Shown here piece by piece: positions 58,336 through 64,000 of a stretch of 64,000 bases of DNA; positions within the stretch are counted from its first letter, which is position 1; every line of letters begins with the position of its first letter. The notes beneath the pieces were generated by a model. The model saw nothing but the letters and a program-made list of their open reading frames with translations, was not told the DNA's origin and did not search any database. Source of the stretch: Eledone cirrhosa (Eukaryota). The stretch is from the NCBI GenBank assembly GCA_964016885.1, contig OZ024748.1, forward strand, positions 36,022,001-36,086,000, written 5' to 3'. Both the position numbers and the translations under genes were made by a program.

Positions 58336-61300
58336 TATAAAGGAGTAAATTTAGTTACTAATACATTATACTATAAAGGAGTAAAGTTAGTTACTAATAC
58401 ATTATACTATAAAGGAGTAAAGTTAGTTACTAATACATTACACTATAAAGGAGTACTAAAGTGAGTTACTTATACGTTATACTATATAGGAGTAAAGTTA
58501 GTTACTAATACATTACACTATAAAGGAGTACAAAAGTTAGTTACTAATACATTATACTATAAATGAGTAAAGCTAGTTACTAATGCATTACACTATAAAG
58601 GAGTAAAATTAGTTACTAATACATTACCCTATAAAGGAGTAAAGTTATTTACTAATACATTACACTATAAAGGAGTACTAAAGTTAGTTACTAATACATT
58701 ATACTATAAAGGAGTAAAGTTAGTTACTAATACATTACACTATAAAGGAGTACTAAAGTTAGTTACTAATACATTACACTCTAAACGAGTAAAGTTAGTT
58801 GCTAATACATTATACTATAAAGGAGTACTAAAGTTAGTTACTAATACATTATACCATAAAGGAGTAAATTTAGTTACTAATACATTATACTATAAAGGAG
58901 TAAAGTTAGTTACTAATACATTATACTATAAAGGAGTAAAGTTAGTTACTAATACATTACACTATAAAGGAGTACTAAAGTTAGTTACTAATACATTACA
59001 CTATAAACGAGTAAAGTTAGTTACTAATACATTATACTATAAATGAGTAAAGTTAGTTACTTATACATTAAACAATAAAGGAGTACTAAAGTTACTTACT
59101 ATTACATTACGCTATAAAAGAGTAAAGTTAGTTACTAATACATTATACTATAAAGGAGTAAAGTTAGTTACTAATACATAATACTATAAAGGTGTAAAAT
59201 TAGTTACTAATACATTAAACTATAAAGGAGTACTAAAGTTAGTTACTAATACATTATACTATAAAGGAGTAAAGTTAGTTACTAATATATTACACTATAA
59301 AGAGTACTAAAGTTAGTTACTAATACATTTCACTATAAATGAGTACTAAAATTAGTTACTATACATTATACTATAAAAGAGTAAAGTTAGTTACTAATAC
59401 ATTAAACTATAAAGGAGTACTAAAGTTACTTACTAATACATTACACTATAAATGAGTAAAGTTAGTTACTAATACATTATATTATAAAGGAGTAAAGTTA
59501 GTTACTAATACATTACACTATAAAGGAGTAAAGTTAGTTACTAATACATTAGACTGTAAAGTAGTAACGTTAGTTACTAATACATTAAACTATAAAGGAG
59601 TAAATTTAATTACTAATACATTATGCTATAAAGGAGTAAAGTTAGTTACTAATACATTAAACTATAAAGGAGTAATAAAGTTACTTACTAATACATTACA
59701 ATATAAAGGAGTAAATTTAGTTACTAATACATTATACTATAAAGGAGTAAAGTTAGTTACTAATACATTATACTATAAAGGAGTATAGTTAGTTACTAAT
59801 ACATTACAGTATAAAGGAGTAATAAAGTGAGTTACTAATACGTTATACTATATAGGAGTAAAGTTAGTTACTAATACATTACACTATAAAGGAGTACAAA
59901 AGTTAGTTACTAATACATTATACTATAAATGAGTAAAGCTAGTTACTAATGCATTACACTATAATGGAGTAAAATTAGTTACTAATACTTTAGACTGTAA
60001 AGTAGTAACGTTAGTTACTAATACATTAAACTATAAAGGAGTAAATTTAATTACTAATACATTATACTATAAAGGAGTAAACTTAGTTACTAATACATTA
60101 AACTATAAAGGAGTAATAAAGTTACTTACTAATACATTACACTATAAAGGAGTAACTTTAGTTACTAATACATTATACTATAAAGGAGTAAAGTTAGTTA
60201 CTAATACATTATACTATAAAGGAGTAAAGTTAGTTACTAATACATTACACTATAAAGGAGTACTAAAGTGAGTTACTAATACGTTATACTATATAGGAGT
60301 AAAGTTAGTTACTAATACATTACACTATAAAGGAGTACAAAAGTTAGTTACTAATACATTATACTATAAATGAGTAAAGCTAGTTACTAATGCATTACAC
60401 TATAAAGGAGTAAAATTAGTTACTAATACATTACCCTATAAAGGAGTAAAGTTTGTTACTAATACATTACACTATAAAGGAGTACTAAAGTTAGTTACTA
60501 ATACATTATACTATAAAGGAGTAAAGTTAGTTACTAATACATTACACTATAAAGGAGTAATTACACTGTAAAGTAGTAAAGTTAGTTACTAATACATTAT
60601 ACTATAAAGGAGTAAAGTTAGTTACTAATACATTACACGATAAAGCAGTACTAAAGTTAGTTACTAATACATTACACTATAAACGAGTAAAGTTAGTTAC
60701 TAATACATTATACTATAAAGGTGTAAAGATAGTTACTAATACATTAAACAATAAAGGAGTACTAGGTTACTTACTAATACATTACACTATAAAGGAGGAA
60801 TGTTAGTTACTAATACATTATACTATAAAGGAGTAAAGTTAGTTACTAATACATTATACTATAAAGGAGTAAAGTCAGTTACTAATATAGTAGACTATAA
60901 AGGAGTACTAAAGTTATTTACTAATACATTATACTAGACAAGAATACTAAAGTTAGATACTAATACATTAAACTATAAATGAGTAAAGTTAGTTACTAAT
61001 ACATTACACTATACAGGAGTAGTAAAGTTAGTTACTAATACATTATTCTATAAAGGAGTAAAGCAAGTTACTAATACATTATACTATAAAGGTGTAAAAT
61101 TAGTTACTAATACATTAAACTATAAAGGAGTACTAAAGTTAGTTACTAATACATTACACTATAAAGGAGTAAAGTTCGTTACTAATATATTACACTATAA
61201 AGGAGTACTAAAGTTAGTTACTAATACATTATACTATAAAGGAGTACTAAAGTTAGATACTAATACATTAAACTATAAATGAGTAAAGTTAGTTACTAAT

Positions 61301-64000
61301 ACATTACACTATACAGGAGTACTAAAGTTAGTTACTAATACATTATACTATAAATGAGTAAATTAGTTACTAATGCATTACACTATAAAGGAGTAAAATT
61401 AGTTAATAATACATTACCCTATAAAGGAGTAAAGCCAGTTACTAATACATTACACTATAAAGGAGTACTATAATTAGTTACTAATACGTTAGACTATAAA
61501 GGAGTAAAGTTACTTACTAATACATTACACTATAAAGGATTAAAGTTAATTACTAATACATTACACTATAAAGTATTAAAGTTAGTTACTAATACATTAA
61601 ACTATAAAGGAGTAAAGTTAGTTACTAATACATTTCACTATAAATGAGTACTTAAATTAGTTACTATACATTATACTATAAAGGAGTAAAGTTAGTTACT
61701 AATACATTAAACTATAAAGGAGTACTAAAGTTACTTACTAATACATTACACTATAAAGGAGTAAAGTTAGTTACTAATACATTATACTATAAAGGAGTAA
61801 AGTTAGTTACTAATACTTTAGACTGTAAAGTAGTAACGTTAGTTACTAATACATTAAACTATAAAGGAGTAAATTTAGTTACTAATACATTAAACTATAA
61901 ACGAGTAATAAAGTTACTTACTAATACATTAAACTATAAAGGAGTAAATTTAGTTACTAATACATTATACTATAAAGGAGTAAAGTTAGTTACTAATACG
62001 TTATACTATATAGGAGTAAAGTTAGTTACTAATACATTACACTATAAAGGAGTACAAAAGTTAGTTACTAGTACATTATACTATAAATGAGTAAAGCTAG
62101 TTACTAATGCATTACACTATAAAGGAGTAAAATTAGTTACTAATACATTACCCTATAAAGGAGTAAAGTTAGTTACTAATACATTACACTATAAAGGAGT
62201 ACTAAAGTTAGTTACTAATACATTATACTATAAAGGAGTAAAGTTAGTTACTAATACATTACACTATAAAGGAGTACTAAAGTTAGTTACTAATACATTA
62301 CACTATAAACGAGTAAAGTTAGTTACTAATACATTATACTATAAAGGAGTACTAAAGTTAGTTACTAATACATTATACTATAAAGGGATACTAATGTTAG
62401 ATACTAATACGTTATACTATATAGGAGTAAAGTAAGTTACTAATACATGACACTATAAAGGGGTACCAAAGTTAGTTACTAATACATTATACTATAAATG
62501 AGTAAAGCTATTTACTAATGCATTACACTATAAAGAACTAAAATTAGTTACTAATTCATTAGCCTATAAATGAGTATATTTAGTTACTAATACATTACAC
62601 TATAAAGGAGTACTAAAGTTAGTTAATAAGACATTATACTATAAAGGATTATGTTAGTTACTAATACATTAAACTATAAAGGAGTAAAGTTAGTTACTAA
62701 TACATTATACTATAAAGGAGTAAAGTTAGTTACTAATACATTATACTATAAAGGAGTAAAGTTAGTTACTAATACATTACACTATAAAGGAGTACTAAAG
62801 TTAGTTACTAATACATTACACTATAAACGAGTAAAGTTAGTTACTAATACATTATACTATAAATGAGTAAAGTTAGTTACTTATACATTAAACAATAAAG
62901 GAGTACTAAAGTTACTTACTATTACATTACACTATAAAAGAGTAAAGTTAGTTACTAATACATTATACTATAAAGGAGTAAAGTTAGTTACTAATACATA
63001 ATACTATAAAGGTGTAAAATTAGTTACTAATACATTAAACTATAAAGGAGTACTAAGGTTAGTTACTAATACATTATACTATAAAGGAGTAAAGTTAGTT
63101 ACTAATATATTACACTATAAAGGAGTACTAAAGTTAGTTACTAATACATTATACTATAAAGGAGTACTAAAGTTAGATACTAATACATTAAACTATAAAT
63201 GAGTAAAGTTAGTTACTAATACATTACACTATACAGGAGTACTAAAGTTAGTTACTAATACATTATACTATAAATGAGTAAATTAGTTACTAATGCATTA
63301 CACTATAAAGGAGTAAAATTAGTTACTAATACATTACCCTATAAAGGAGTAAAGTCAGTTACTAATACATTACACTATAAAGGAGTACTATAATTAGTTA
63401 CTAATACGTTAGACTATAAAGGAGTAAAGTTACTTACTAATACATTACACTATAAAGGATTAAAGTTAATTACAAATAAGTTACACTATAAAGTATTAAA
63501 GTTAGTTACTAATACATTAAACTGTAAAGGGGTAAAGTTAGTTACTAATACATTTCACTATAAATGAGTACTAAAATTAGTTACTATACATTATACTATA
63601 AAAGTGTAAAGTTAGTTACTAATACAGTAAACTATAAAGGAGTACTATAATTAGTTACTAATACGTTAGACTATAAAGGAGTAAAGTTACTTACTAATAC
63701 ATTGCACTATAAAGGATTAAAGTTAATTACAAATAAGTTACACTATAAAGTACTAAAGTTACTTACTAATACATTACACTATAAAGGAGTAAAGTTAGTT
63801 ACTAATACATTATACTATAAAGGAGTAAAGTTAGTTACTAATACATTACACTATAAAGGAGTAAAGTTAGTTACTAATACTTTAGACTGTAAAGTAGTAA
63901 CGTTAGTTACTAATACATTAAATTATGAAGGAGTAAATTTAATTACTAATACATTATGCTATAAAGGAGTAAAGTTAGTTACTAATACATTAAACTATAA

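Larger units (their letters stand above)
1..64000. repeat. Satellite DNA array of 36/39-bp monomers, single orientation, extends beyond both window ends
   Basis: Continuous head-to-tail repeats of GTTAGTTACTAATACATTA(T/C/A)ACTATAAAGGAGTA(CTA)AA from the first to the last base, interrupted only by the inserts listed below. No orientation switch was seen. Confidence 0.99.
21394..64000. repeat. 36-mer-dominated, more diverged satellite domain (also 15769-17352)
   Basis: Most monomers end …GGAGTAAA. TTACAC and TTAAAC variants are common, with many more substitutions and 35-bp frameshifting monomers. Judged by eye. Confidence 0.8.

Noticed and set aside
1846-62866. Many + strand ORFs encoding (LVTNTLY/HYKGV[L]K)n, suggesting a giant repeat protein
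   Set aside because: Both monomers are multiples of 3 and one consensus frame lacks stops, so ORFs are expected by construction. Stop variants (AAATGA, GTATAG) and frameshifting 31/35/38/40-bp monomers are frequent and have been propagated by duplication. Start codons are chance mutations.
1-64000. CRISPR array (repeat length 36-39 bp with partial dyad symmetry)
   Set aside because: Repeats are directly adjacent with no unique spacers, and there is no leader or cas gene. The one 39-bp insert interrupts a monomer and recurs identically.

Overview
The window is almost entirely one AT-rich (~23% GC consensus) head-to-tail satellite array. It has two length variants: a 39-mer (GTTAGTTACTAATACATTAYACTATAAAGGAGTACTAAA) and a 36-mer lacking CTA (…GGAGTAAA). 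No real gene is supported: the ORFs arise because both monomers are multiples of 3 and one frame of the consensus has no stop. Only two kinds of non-satellite DNA interrupt the array. The first is three copies of a non-autonomous canonical Helitron (14892-15768, 20517-21393, 27998-28942; A|TC…hairpin…CTAG|T, no TSD, 5' (GTCT)3, internal 16/21-bp minisatellite). All three sit in the same variant monomer context, and two matching empty sites are present at 24938|24939 and 25232|25233. The second is four copies of a 39-bp foreign insert flanked by an 8-bp direct repeat (TAAAGATA). The array is layered, with a homogeneous 39-mer-rich domain on the left and a more degenerate 36-mer-rich domain on the right. 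It has been amplified by kb-scale tandem duplications (periods ~2722, 5625, ~3.0 kb, 3491, ~2463 and ~7.1-7.3 kb). The most likely source is heterochromatin of a eukaryote, probably an invertebrate (inference). I see no evidence for a new protein-coding system or a CRISPR array.
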